Shown here one piece after another: positions 28,586 to 37,375 of a stretch of DNA of 46,523 nucleotides (position 1 is its first letter; the number at the start of each line of letters is the position of its first letter). This DNA comes from a virus (lineage: Duplodnaviria; Caudoviricetes): IMG/VR virus record IMGVR_UViG_3300033145_000317, positions 1-46,523 of that record. One strand, written 5' to 3'. Below the pieces are notes generated by a model. The model saw nothing but the letters and a program-made list of their open reading frames with translations, had not been told where the DNA came from and ran no database searches. Made by a program: the position numbers and the translations under genes.

Positions 28586-29763
28586 TGTAAAAACCCCTCA
28601 TCCTCTAAAAAGTCTTCTATAGCTGTAGGGCCTACAGCGGCTCTAGCATCGTCTACAGGTGCAATAATCACCCCTGCATCGGGTTTAGTCCATAATCCAT
28701 CAAGTATAGCTTCAGGAGAGTTACCTTGCTTCTTAATAGCCTTCTCTGCTTTAGCTACAGTTATTAACTTCTTCTCGAAAGCGGCTTCTCGCAAATAGGA
28801 AGATACTTTTAATGTAGCTTTCTTCATATCAACCCATTTCCTATTAGACCTTTTAGCTACTAGTTTATATCCTAAAACCTCTTGGCCCATTTCTAATTGA
28901 CTTTGAGCGTAAGCTTGTACACTACTAGCCCAAGCTACAAAACGCGGAGCTAAAGCCATAACCCTAGTCATATCATCATTACTTAGTCTTTCAGGATCGG
29001 GAAGTACAGGATTATCAAAGTCTGTCTTAGCTATAGCTAAAGCGTTTTCTCTTTGCTCTTTGCATATAGCTAAAGCAGGACAAAACCTGCAATGCTCTCC
29101 AGCTTTAAAAGGCGCATTAGGTTTGGAAGCTATGTCTGCTGCGTTTTTAAGAACACCTACAGCCCAACCGCTTAATACTTTTTTAGTTGTAGTCCAGCGT
29201 CTTACAGGTCCATCTTTATGGTAAGCTCTAGGTTGTACGATAGTTAGTCTTACTTGTTCGGCTTCGGGGAATAACTTAAGCGCCCCTACGCCATAACACA
29301 TAGCTTGGGTATTCCACTCAGGATCTACTAAAATACCTTTACCATATTTTAGATCGAGAACTTCTAAGAGTTTAACTTTAGGATAATAATTAATACAATC
29401 TGCATGTCCGAAACAATCTTTAACTACGAAGGATAAATCTAATTCGGCTTCTATTAATCTCTTAGCTCCTTCGGCTACAGTCGCTTCACTTACATAAATG
29501 TCTACGGCTTCTATCATCTCATCGGTAACTTCAAAAGTTTTAGGATCTCCTTTATCATTACTTTCTACTGAAATAAATTTACCTTTATGTTCCTCTGCAG
29601 GTTTACCGCTTTTTACGCAAAGCTCTGCTAGCTTATGTGCTGCCGTACCTTCCATAGCATAAGGACTATCAAGAGGCGGAGGTACAGTCTCGGAAAGTTT
29701 AATAGAGCCTGGACATTTTATCCAACAGTTAGAGCTACTAGGACTTAGCTTAGCATGTTTCAT
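28582..29763 (-). CDS. DUF2800 / Cas4-like PD-(D/E)xK exonuclease
   Basis: HAKLSPSS..W..CPGS, EGTAAH, FGHADCI, DLKYGKG and GEHCRFCPA...C motifs. Confidence 0.9.
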   Translation of the reverse strand: MKHAKLSPSSSNCWIKCPGSIKLSETVPPPLDSPYAMEGTAAHKLAELCVKSGKPAEEHKGKFISVESNDKGDPKTFEVTDEMIEAVDIYVSEATVAEGAKRLIEAELDLSFVVKDCFGHADCINYYPKVKLLEVLDLKYGKGILVDPEWNTQAMCYGVGALKLFPEAEQVRLTIVQPRAYHKDGPVRRWTTTKKVLSGWAVGVLKNAADIASKPNAPFKAGEHCRFCPALAICKEQRENALAIAKTDFDNPVLPDPERLSNDDMTRVMALAPRFVAWASSVQAYAQSQLEMGQEVLGYKLVAKRSNRKWVDMKKATLKVSSYLREAAFEKKLITVAKAEKAIKKQGNSPEAILDGLWTKPDAGVIIAPVDDARAAVGPTAIEDFLEDEGFLQ

Positions 29764-30275
29764 GCAAAAATGTCTCCTTCCTCTTTCTTAGCTGTCTTTG
29801 CTTTCTCGACTGCAGCTAAGTCTTTTAAAAGAGTAAACCTTCCTGCATTATCTAAAGAAGAAATGTTTTTAGCCCCGCCTAGTTTATTAAGGATAGATAC
29901 TGCTAGCTCGGCTCCATGAATAGCAGCAAATTTCTTAAGTGCGTTTTGCGCTTCTTCTTTTGTCACTTCATTTGTATCGTTTTGGGCTTGCCCCATAGCT
30001 GCAGCTAAAGGAGGTACATTTGTAAGAGCAGGTTTAGCTTGTGTGCTCTCAGCTTTAATCTTATCAAGCTTAGTCTTTAAATTTTTAGTACCTTGTTTAG
30101 CGGAAACCTTAACGCCTAAAGCAGTAAGCTCTTTAACTATAGCTTCTCTATCTAATTCAGGCGCTTCATTTGCCGTAGTTGCTTGTACTACATTATCGTT
30201 CTCTCCCTCAACTACAGTAGGTGTCATAGCTTCTAATGCATCTGCTACTCTTTTTAATTCATTTTCTAATGACAT
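29760..30275 (-). CDS. Hypothetical protein with a HeH/SAP-like central segment
   Basis: LDREAIVKELTALGVKVSAKQGTKNLKTKL segment; usual position upstream of DUF2800. Confidence 0.65.
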   Translation of the reverse strand: MSLENELKRVADALEAMTPTVVEGENDNVVQATTANEAPELDREAIVKELTALGVKVSAKQGTKNLKTKLDKIKAESTQAKPALTNVPPLAAAMGQAQNDTNEVTKEEAQNALKKFAAIHGAELAVSILNKLGGAKNISSLDNAGRFTLLKDLAAVEKAKTAKKEEGDIFA

Positions 30276-30276
30276 T

Positions 30277-30546
30277 TTAATTCTCCTGTTCTTTAAGTTT
30301 TTGATTATGTTCTTTTAATCTTCTTTTTTGTTCTATCATATACTTCGGTAATTCTATTTCATACTCCTCCTCTGTTAATATTGTACAATCATTAAGCTTA
30401 AACCATTCAGGAAATTTTAATATTTCTCCTACTATAGCGCATTTAGTATTCCCTATATTCATTCTTAACATTTTTTTATTTAGCTCTTTAATAGTAAATA
30501 AGTCTCCCGACTTTGTTTTTAAATGCGTTCCTATAATTGGTATCAT
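30277..30546 (-). CDS. Hypothetical protein
   Basis: Coupled ORF in the minus-strand operon. Confidence 0.65.
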   Translation of the reverse strand: MIPIIGTHLKTKSGDLFTIKELNKKMLRMNIGNTKCAIVGEILKFPEWFKLNDCTILTEEEYEIELPKYMIEQKRRLKEHNQKLKEQEN

Positions 30547-30725
30547 AACTCTGTACCGTCTATAATTTTATCTACTAAACTTTGTATTGTATCTTCTACA
30601 AGATTAATATCTGTTAAGTCTATACTTATTAAATTAGTAATGTTCTTAACATCTTTGCATTTATCTTTCCATGCTTTAAGTTTATATCTCATGCAACTTA
30701 AATCTTCAGATAATTTTTTACTCAT
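30543..30725 (-). CDS. Hypothetical protein
   Basis: ATGA overlaps on both sides; AAGGAGG RBS. Confidence 0.65.
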   Translation of the reverse strand: MSKKLSEDLSCMRYKLKAWKDKCKDVKNITNLISIDLTDINLVEDTIQSLVDKIIDGTEL

Positions 30726-32344
30726 CTCAAAGCCTCCTTTAAAGTATTATCCATAACATAATCTAAAGTATCTCTTATCTTCTCTTGCTTAAAAACTACA
30801 GTTTTAGCCATAGTAGCTTGTATAGATCCTGCTAAAACTATATGCTGTACTAATAAAGAATTTACTTGACCTATCCTATGACATCTATCCTCTGCTTGGG
30901 TAACCTCTGCAGGGGTCCAAGCCATCTCTACAAAAACTACATGGCTACTAGCTGTTAATGTTATTCCTACACCTGCAGCTCTAATATTGCCAATAAACAA
31001 CTTAATGTTTTCATCTTCTTGAAAACTATCTATCGCTTTTTGTCTTTGGCCTTGTGGGGTACTACCATGAAGACTAACTGCTATGTCTTTAAATTCTTCT
31101 TGTAAAGTCTCTATAACTTTTATGTGATGTGCAAAGCAAACTATCTTACCGCTTTGATTTATACATTCTTTTAAATGCTCTATAGCATAAGGGATAGAAG
31201 CTATAGCAGACTCTCTTCTGATAGTAGACATTTCCTCAAAGCCTATGCGCTCACCGTCTAAACATTTTATAATTTCTTCGTATTCCTCATCCGTTAAAAT
31301 GCTATCTTTAATATCTTTAAAGAATTTGTTTTGTTTATATATAAATCCTTTACATTTATTATTAGGATCAATTTCTAAAACCTGTCTACGTTTAGGCGGT
31401 AAGTCTGGTAAAACTTCTTCCTTTAATCTTCTTATCATAACAGTAGACCTAAGTTTGGATTGTAGTTCTACTAAATTAGTAGCGCCTTTATAATCCCATC
31501 CTCTATCACCTAACTGTCCATCACAATACTTTAGCCCAAACTCATGCTTATTTGGAAACGCATAAGGCGCTAAGAATTTTAAAATATTAAATAATTCATA
31601 AGGCACATTAAGTATAGGTGTACCAGTTAAAACTAATTTACGCTTAGCTTTTATGTCTCCTTTATTTCTAAAGCCTATTATTTGTTTAGTTCTTTCTGCG
31701 TCACTATTTTTAAAATAATGTCCTTCGTCTAATATTACTAAGTCCCAAATTTTAGAATGTATTTGAGTAGTTAACTTTTTAAGGATATCGTAATTAAGTA
31801 TTATAACTTGAGTAGGAGGCCAAAACTTAGAGTGAGCTATTCCTACAGAGGTCTTCTTAACGCACCATTTATACCACTCTCTAGACCAATTAATTTTAAC
31901 AAGGGCTGGGCAAATAATTAAAACGTTTAAATGTTCTTTCGGGTCGGAAAGAGTCGCATCTAATACATTATAATACCCTATGGATTCTATACTTTTGCCT
32001 AGCCCTTGTTCGTCTGCTAGTAAATTGTTAGGTCTATCTAGCAGATATTCTATCCCTGCAAGCTGAAAAGGCATATATGCTAAACCTTCAGGTACAGGGA
32101 TATCTATTTTTGAAAAGAGAGAAAAACTTTTAAGCTCTCTTTCTTTTTCAATTGCTTCTTTTTTTGATAACCAAACTTGTGTTTCCAGACAACCAAAAGA
32201 CGAAACCTTCTTAGCGACATGCGCATAAGGAGTTACCCACTCTCTTAGTTTTCTGTCATAAGCAAAGCCCGCTTTCTTCGCCATAGCATTGCACGTAATA
32301 TCACAATCGAAATAAAATAAATTATCTTTGTAAGAAAGTTTCAT
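30722..32344 (-). CDS. SNF2-family (SMARCAL1/HARP-like) helicase
   Basis: LADEQGLGKS, LIICPA, ILDEGH, LTGTPILN, MIRRLKEEVLPDLPPK and QAEDRCHRIGQ motifs. Confidence 0.93.
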   Translation of the reverse strand: MKLSYKDNLFYFDCDITCNAMAKKAGFAYDRKLREWVTPYAHVAKKVSSFGCLETQVWLSKKEAIEKERELKSFSLFSKIDIPVPEGLAYMPFQLAGIEYLLDRPNNLLADEQGLGKSIESIGYYNVLDATLSDPKEHLNVLIICPALVKINWSREWYKWCVKKTSVGIAHSKFWPPTQVIILNYDILKKLTTQIHSKIWDLVILDEGHYFKNSDAERTKQIIGFRNKGDIKAKRKLVLTGTPILNVPYELFNILKFLAPYAFPNKHEFGLKYCDGQLGDRGWDYKGATNLVELQSKLRSTVMIRRLKEEVLPDLPPKRRQVLEIDPNNKCKGFIYKQNKFFKDIKDSILTDEEYEEIIKCLDGERIGFEEMSTIRRESAIASIPYAIEHLKECINQSGKIVCFAHHIKVIETLQEEFKDIAVSLHGSTPQGQRQKAIDSFQEDENIKLFIGNIRAAGVGITLTASSHVVFVEMAWTPAEVTQAEDRCHRIGQVNSLLVQHIVLAGSIQATMAKTVVFKQEKIRDTLDYVMDNTLKEALR

Positions 32345-32349
32345 TTTAG

Positions 32350-32535
32350 TTAATGCGCTGACCTACAAAAATAGCTCCATAAGTTTTCTTCTTCTTCTTT
32401 CGTTAAAGCGTTCCAAGGGGTTACCACTAATAACGTCTTTAGAATATCAGTTTCTTTTATTGATCGTTTTATCCTATCTTCTAAAACTGCTTTCGCTCCC
32501 ATTCTAGAAGGCCCACTATATGCATTATCCATCAC
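32350..32535 (-). CDS. Hypothetical early protein
   Basis: AAAGGAG RBS; no recognisable motif. Confidence 0.6.
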   Translation of the reverse strand: MMDNAYSGPSRMGAKAVLEDRIKRSIKETDILKTLLVVTPWNALTKEEEENLWSYFCRSAH

Positions 32536-32546
32536 TAACTCCTTTC

Positions 32547-32730
32547 TATTTTTTATTCCTTAATAGTATATAAGTTATTTCCCTTGACCTTTGCCTTTAC
32601 CTTTAGGCGGCGTACATCCTCCACGCCCTTTATTTTTTCTTTTTCCTCCACCGCTACCATCTTGTTTAGGTGTTCCTTTAGCCATAATTAACCTCCTTTA
32701 TTAATATTTTTTATTCCTTAATAGTATATA
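32547..32730. repeat. 26-bp direct repeat pair flanking the G/K peptide gene
   Basis: TATTTTTTATTCCTTAATAGTATATA at 32547-32572 and 32705-32730. Confidence 0.9.
32575..32685 (-). CDS. 36-aa Gly/Lys-rich peptide (not in the ORF track)
   Basis: AAGGAGGT RBS; MAKGTPKQDGSGGGKRKNKGRGGCTPPKGKGKGQGK*. Confidence 0.7.
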   Translation of the reverse strand: MAKGTPKQDGSGGGKRKNKGRGGCTPPKGKGKGQGK

Positions 32731-32965
32731 GCTTTACAAACTCAGCTAAATTATCCGCTACAAGATCTTTTTCCATAAGATTATTTTCTATACAAGACCC
32801 AAAATACCCAAAGCCTTCTAAGCTAATATAAAACCATAATCTTTCTTTTGGTCTAGCGTCTACGCAAAGCATGTAATACTCAGTTAGCCCTTGCGCTCTT
32901 CCAGAAGCCCAAATACTCCCAGGCTTTAACTCTTCTTTAACATCCACATTTTTTGTTATCTCCAT
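32711..32965 (-). CDS. Hypothetical early protein
   Basis: GGAGGAGGT RBS; first gene of the leftward operon. Confidence 0.65.
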   Translation of the reverse strand: MEITKNVDVKEELKPGSIWASGRAQGLTEYYMLCVDARPKERLWFYISLEGFGYFGSCIENNLMEKDLVADNLAEFVKLYTIKE

Positions 32966-33004
32966 AAACTAACCTCCTCCATTTCTTCGCCTAACTGGAC
33001 ACAA

Positions 33005-33034
33005 AAACTAATATAATTTTTATGCACCTGTCAA
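33005..33034 (-). promoter_or_regulatory. Leftward sigma70-type promoter
   Basis: TTGACA(33034-33029)-18 nt-TAGTTT with an AT-rich upstream segment, in the divergent intergenic region. Confidence 0.55.
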
Positions 33035-33113
33035 GCTAATAAATAATATATTTTAAAAACCTAATGAACAAGAGAACTTAACACATTATGCAAATAACAT
33101 ACCTATAAAGTAT

Positions 33114-33141
33114 TTGACAAAAGACCTAAGTATATTAAGGT
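33114..33141 (+). promoter_or_regulatory. Rightward sigma70-type promoter
   Basis: TTGACA(33114-33119)-16 nt-TAAGGT upstream of the HTH gene. Confidence 0.55.
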
Positions 33142-33197
33142 GTTACACTTACTAAGGGGTAAACTAATATCACTAAAATCAAATAAGGAGTGCCAAA

Positions 33198-33431
33198 ATG
33201 CCAAAAGATTTTTGGAAGTACAAAGAGAAAATGCTTTTCGCCGAATTAGCAGGCGTGTCTCCAGGGTATCTAAGCGATATCCTGCATCGTCATAAAAACA
33301 TTAGCGCTAAAGTAGCCTTGAAGTTTGAGAAAATTTCTACGCTTATGCATAAGAAAATACCTTTCCACGATTGGGTCTTAAGTAAACAATCTAAACATCC
33401 TGCATTCTACGGAAGAAGAAAGAAAATATAA
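33198..33431 (+). CDS. Cro/XRE-like HTH regulator
   Basis: FAELAGVSPGYLSDIL helix-turn-helix; first gene of the rightward arm. Confidence 0.75.
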   Translation: MPKDFWKYKEKMLFAELAGVSPGYLSDILHRHKNISAKVALKFEKISTLMHKKIPFHDWVLSKQSKHPAFYGRRKKI

Positions 33432-33447
33432 ATAAAGGAAACAATAT

Positions 33448-35436
33448 ATGTTTGATGAAATACCAAAAATAGTTAAACCTGTAGACGGCGCTCTATACCT
33501 ATTCAATCTAGGATATAAAGTTTTCCCAATTAGAGAAAACAAAAAGACACCCTCTTTCAATAATTGGCAGGATTGGGCCAAAACTGCAGACGAAAAGAAA
33601 ATACGCAATTACGCTACAGCCCAACCTATGAGCAATTGGGGCGTGTTTTGTGATAAAGATTTACTTGTTGTAGATATAGATAATAAAAACAATAAAAAAG
33701 GAAACGAAAATTGGAATAAATTCGTAGGCGCAGACAAAGAAATAAATAATTCCCTATCCGTTATGACTCCTACAAAAGGTGTACACATATACTATAAAGG
33801 CCAAGGCAAAACCTCTGCTAATAGGCTAACTAAAGACGTAGACACTAGAGGCGAAGGAGGTTATGTAATAGCACCAGGATCTAGAATAGACAATAAAGCT
33901 TATGAGATTTATAATGATAATGTTATACAATTACTTCCTTCCTTCGTAGAGCGAAAATTAGATGAAAAAATTAAACCTAAAACGATACAAGAAAATGAGC
34001 ATATAGAAGAAGGAGAACGAAACGCCTTCTTAGCCTCATTAGCCGGAACTATGCGCTCAAGGGGCATGGATTATGAAGCTATAATTTTAGCACTTATGTC
34101 TACAAACGAAACTAAACTAGGCAACCCACTTCCTAATCAAGAAGTAGAAAATATAGCTAGATCAATCTCCAAATACGCACCAGATAATGCCTTAGTAGCA
34201 TCAGACTTTGAAGAATTTAATAATACAGATGAAACAGAAGGCTTTGACGAAGTAGAATATGATAAAATATTAGCTAGAGATTGGGTTATGAAAGGCAGAT
34301 ACGTAGGAGGTTATATCTCTGTCATAATAGCCCCTGGAGGTTTAGGTAAGTCAACCCTATCTATGCTAGATGCAACTGCCATACTTACTGGTAGAAACCT
34401 ATCAGGCTCCGATATAGTAAAGCCTGGAGGTGTTTGGCTTTATAATACAGAAGACCCTAAAGCCGAATTAAGACGAAAACAAGGAGCCATCTTAGCGCAT
34501 CACGAAATAAAGAGATCCGAAATAACAGGTTATAGATACTCTTCCGGCAGAGATAAACCTTTAATACTAGTTAAAAATTCTAATCAAGGTATGGTTATAA
34601 TGCAGAACGTTATCGATCATGTCATTAATATAATCAAAAAGAGAAGCATAGTTTTATTAATCGCAGATCCTTTCGTTCGTACACATGAAGTAAATGAAAA
34701 CGATAATATGCAAATAGATAAAGTCGTTTGGGCTTTTCAGCATATAGCTGATAAAACAGGATGCGCAGTATGTTTAGTACACCACACTAGAAAACCTGGA
34801 AACAACGGCGCAAGCAATGGAGATATGCATACTGCTAGAGGCGCTTCCTCCTTAATAAACGCTGCCAGAGTAGCTCATACAGTTAGTCCTATGACAGAAC
34901 CAGAAGCTAAGAAGTTTGGTATTGGTAAAGAAAAAAGGAAATGGTATTTCAGACTAGACGATGCTAAGTCTAACCTAACCCCTCCCGCCGAACATGCTAC
35001 TTGGTTTAAGAAGATTGATACTGTAAATACTGCAGGAGATCACGTAGGAACTTTAGAATGTGTCGATTTATGTGACATGTCTCATAAAATAAAAGCCGAA
35101 GAAATAGAGATTGAAAGAGAAGATTTAGGTATGTGCCTGTCAGACGCTATGGAAATAGGAGATAAACGTACTATTAATGATATATGGATGTGCCTCTCAG
35201 GTAGAGAAGACTTTAATCATATTATGGGCATTATGAAGTCTAGAAGAAGAGGAGTACCAAAACTTATCCATTTATTAAATAATGGACTGTGTTATAAAGA
35301 TAAGTATTTCATTCATACTGCTCAAGAAATAGGCATTAGAATGTTTCATTATATTGAATGCAGCACAGCGACAAAGGACCAAAAAGCACTCACGCAAGCT
35401 CACGCAGAGGACACTAAAAATGACTTTCTGCTATAG
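33448..35436 (+). CDS. Bifunctional primase-polymerase + PriCT + RecA-type (AAA_25/RepA-like) helicase
   Basis: VVDIDNK, TPTKGVHIYY, DTRGEGGYVIAPGS, GERNAFLASLAG (PriCT), APGGLGKST (Walker A), LIADP and LVHHTRK...ARGAS motifs. Confidence 0.92.
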   Translation: MFDEIPKIVKPVDGALYLFNLGYKVFPIRENKKTPSFNNWQDWAKTADEKKIRNYATAQPMSNWGVFCDKDLLVVDIDNKNNKKGNENWNKFVGADKEINNSLSVMTPTKGVHIYYKGQGKTSANRLTKDVDTRGEGGYVIAPGSRIDNKAYEIYNDNVIQLLPSFVERKLDEKIKPKTIQENEHIEEGERNAFLASLAGTMRSRGMDYEAIILALMSTNETKLGNPLPNQEVENIARSISKYAPDNALVASDFEEFNNTDETEGFDEVEYDKILARDWVMKGRYVGGYISVIIAPGGLGKSTLSMLDATAILTGRNLSGSDIVKPGGVWLYNTEDPKAELRRKQGAILAHHEIKRSEITGYRYSSGRDKPLILVKNSNQGMVIMQNVIDHVINIIKKRSIVLLIADPFVRTHEVNENDNMQIDKVVWAFQHIADKTGCAVCLVHHTRKPGNNGASNGDMHTARGASSLINAARVAHTVSPMTEPEAKKFGIGKEKRKWYFRLDDAKSNLTPPAEHATWFKKIDTVNTAGDHVGTLECVDLCDMSHKIKAEEIEIEREDLGMCLSDAMEIGDKRTINDIWMCLSGREDFNHIMGIMKSRRRGVPKLIHLLNNGLCYKDKYFIHTAQEIGIRMFHYIECSTATKDQKALTQAHAEDTKNDFLL

Positions 35437-35448
35437 AAATAGGCAAAA

Positions 35449-35752
35449 ACTTGGGACATTACTTGGGACATTTTTAAAACGTACTTGGGACATTTATTTT
35501 TTGAGCAAATGTCCCAAGTATGTCCCAAGTCGAAGGCTGCGTAATGTATAACTGTAGCTACTCACGCGACTTGGGACATACTTGGGACATTTTTGGGACT
35601 TGGGACATTTTATTTTGTCGCCCAAGTGCTTTTAGCCTGCTCACGCAAGCGTAAGTGTTTGTAATTATAAGCGTGTACGCGACTTGGGACATTTTACAAT
35701 TTCCTACCCCTACGGGGGGACACTGGGCATGTCCCAAGTGCCCGTGTCCCCC
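35449..35752. repeat. Iteron array; putative replication origin
   Basis: ACTTGGGACAT direct copies start at 35449, 35461, 35483, 35569, 35580, 35598 and 35682. Inverted copies start at 35509, 35520 and 35729. GC-rich hairpin at 35715-35752. Immediately after the primase gene. Confidence 0.85.
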
Positions 35753-35837
35753 TCTTCGGTTGGGGCGCGCTTCAGTGTTTTTCTGATAGCGTAAATATTA
35801 AGCGCGTCGCAAGGCGCAATAAAAAGGAGGTTTTTTG

Positions 35838-36062
35838 ATGAAAAGCAAAAAGCAAAGACGCAGTAAGTTAAATTTGATCGAGGGCACATTAAATGTGGCG
35901 CTTCAAGAATTGTGTGATTTAAATGGAAAGGGAGCGAAGCAAAACCTAGAGGCTTTAGGTATTGCTAAAAGAGCTTGTAAAGTTACTAGCAAACAAATAT
36001 CAGGATATAGCTCAAGGATTATGCAGGAAGTCCGAAGGCTCAGAAAGGAGAAGTGTTTATGA
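35838..36062 (+). CDS. Basic hypothetical protein
   Basis: AAGGAGGT RBS; Lys/Arg-rich and helical. Confidence 0.6.
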   Translation: MKSKKQRRSKLNLIEGTLNVALQELCDLNGKGAKQNLEALGIAKRACKVTSKQISGYSSRIMQEVRRLRKEKCL

Positions 36063-36556
36063 TTATCTTGGCTATTGATCCAGGTACTACGGAAAGCGCT
36101 TATTGCGTGTATGATAACCATATGAAACAAGTACTTAAATGCGACATCGTATCTAATGGTATGTTGATAGATATGTTAGGCGTAGGGCGATGTGAGCACT
36201 TAGTTATTGAAATGATTAAGAGTTATGGCATGCCTGTAGGTGATACGACTTTTGAGACTTGCGTTTGGATTGGTAGGTTTATTGAAGCGTGGCATGCGTC
36301 TAATTACACATTGTTACCGAGAAAAGAAATATGCAAACAGCTTTGTAATAATGGAAGGGCTAAGGATACAAATATACGCGCTGCGCTTATAGATCGTTTT
36401 GGTCCAGGCAAAGATAAGGCTATAGGAAAGAAAGCTAGCCAGGGTCCATTATGGAGCTTAAAACGAGATATGTGGAGTGCTTTGGCAGTAGCCGTAGCGT
36501 GGTCAGAAATGGAAGCAGAGCGTCAACGAAATGAGATTGACAAGATATGTGGGTAA
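36053..36556 (+). CDS. RuvC-like Holliday junction resolvase
   Basis: ILAIDPGTTESAY, LVIEM, AKDTNIR and DMWSALAVA RNase H-fold pattern. Confidence 0.8.
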   Translation: MFMIILAIDPGTTESAYCVYDNHMKQVLKCDIVSNGMLIDMLGVGRCEHLVIEMIKSYGMPVGDTTFETCVWIGRFIEAWHASNYTLLPRKEICKQLCNNGRAKDTNIRAALIDRFGPGKDKAIGKKASQGPLWSLKRDMWSALAVAVAWSEMEAERQRNEIDKICG

Positions 36557-36589
36557 TGCTTAAATGCTAATCATGGGGGAAATTCAAAT

Positions 36590-36907
36590 ATGACTAGTGA
36601 GCATCAAGTTTATGGTTTAATAGCTTGCTATATCGTTGTAGAACTAGTAAAATTCTTTGTTCCATACATCGTCAAGAAAGATTCCGCGCTCGCTCCACTA
36701 GAGCAATTCTATCTTAGAGAGCTTCACAATATGCATAATGTAAAGGATGGGGACGGCAGACCTTTATGGTATTTTCCTACATCTGCAATGGAGTCAATTG
36801 CAGGTCAAAACACAAAGATAACAGAAATGTTAGAACGTATCAGTAACTCGCAAAACGATATTAGTTCAATACTAGCGCATATGCTAGGTAAGATGAAAGA
36901 AGAGTAA
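36590..36907 (+). CDS. Membrane protein, possible holin
   Basis: Single N-terminal transmembrane segment plus a coiled C-terminus; sits just upstream of the terminase genes. Confidence 0.45.
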   Translation: MTSEHQVYGLIACYIVVELVKFFVPYIVKKDSALAPLEQFYLRELHNMHNVKDGDGRPLWYFPTSAMESIAGQNTKITEMLERISNSQNDISSILAHMLGKMKEE

Positions 36908-37375
36908 ATGATTTTAGATGGCTACGAAATTAGTACACCTAAACTTAGTAAACTTGCTAAAGCAGGTCACTCCGAGAAGTTTATAGCTGACTTCTTTCAA
37001 GTATCTATGCATCGTTGGGAGCGTTGGAAAGAAGATTACCCCGATTTTAAGAACATATTAAGGAAAGCTACAACTGCGCTTACAGATGCAGTGGTAAAGA
37101 CTTTACACAAGAAAGCTACAGGATATACAGAGAAGATAGTAGATAAAGATCCTGAAACTGGAACTATCTTAGGCACGCAGCAAGTACACTCTAGACCTGA
37201 TATGTCAGCTATTAAGTTTTGGCTTACCAACAAAGAGCCTGACGAATGGCAAGATAAGAAAGCGATAACTCAAGATGTAAAACAAACGCTAACTATTAAG
37301 ACAGACACGAAGGATCTAGAAGATCGTTTAGAGCAACTCCCTAGCAAAGGAGGTTTAGACGATGCTTTGCAATAA
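36908..37375 (+). CDS. terS: Terminase small subunit
   Basis: N-terminal HTH, LHKKATGY and PDMSAIKFWLTNKEPDEWQDK motifs; upstream of TerL. Confidence 0.85.
   Translation: MILDGYEISTPKLSKLAKAGHSEKFIADFFQVSMHRWERWKEDYPDFKNILRKATTALTDAVVKTLHKKATGYTEKIVDKDPETGTILGTQQVHSRPDMSAIKFWLTNKEPDEWQDKKAITQDVKQTLTIKTDTKDLEDRLEQLPSKGGLDDALQ

Noticed and set aside
25145-31493. Plus-strand ORFs within the minus-strand replication arm (25145, 25897, 26561, 27198, 28282, 28550, 30043, 30523, 31245)
   Set aside because: They are antisense shadows of polA, the nuclease, the helicase and neighbouring genes.
35354-35551. 65-aa ORF overlapping the primase end
   Set aside because: It runs through the iteron array, has no RBS, and its sequence merely reflects the repeats.
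35449-35752. CRISPR array
   Set aside because: Repeats are only 11 bp, occur in both orientations and have irregular spacing, including abutting copies. The DUF2800 Cas4-like gene is a standard phage replication nuclease and no cas operon is present.
36537-36566. Possible late promoter (TTGACA at 36537) upstream of the packaging genes
   Set aside because: The -35 is perfect but there is no convincing -10 at a 16-18 nt spacing, and it lies within the resolvase coding end. Insufficient support.
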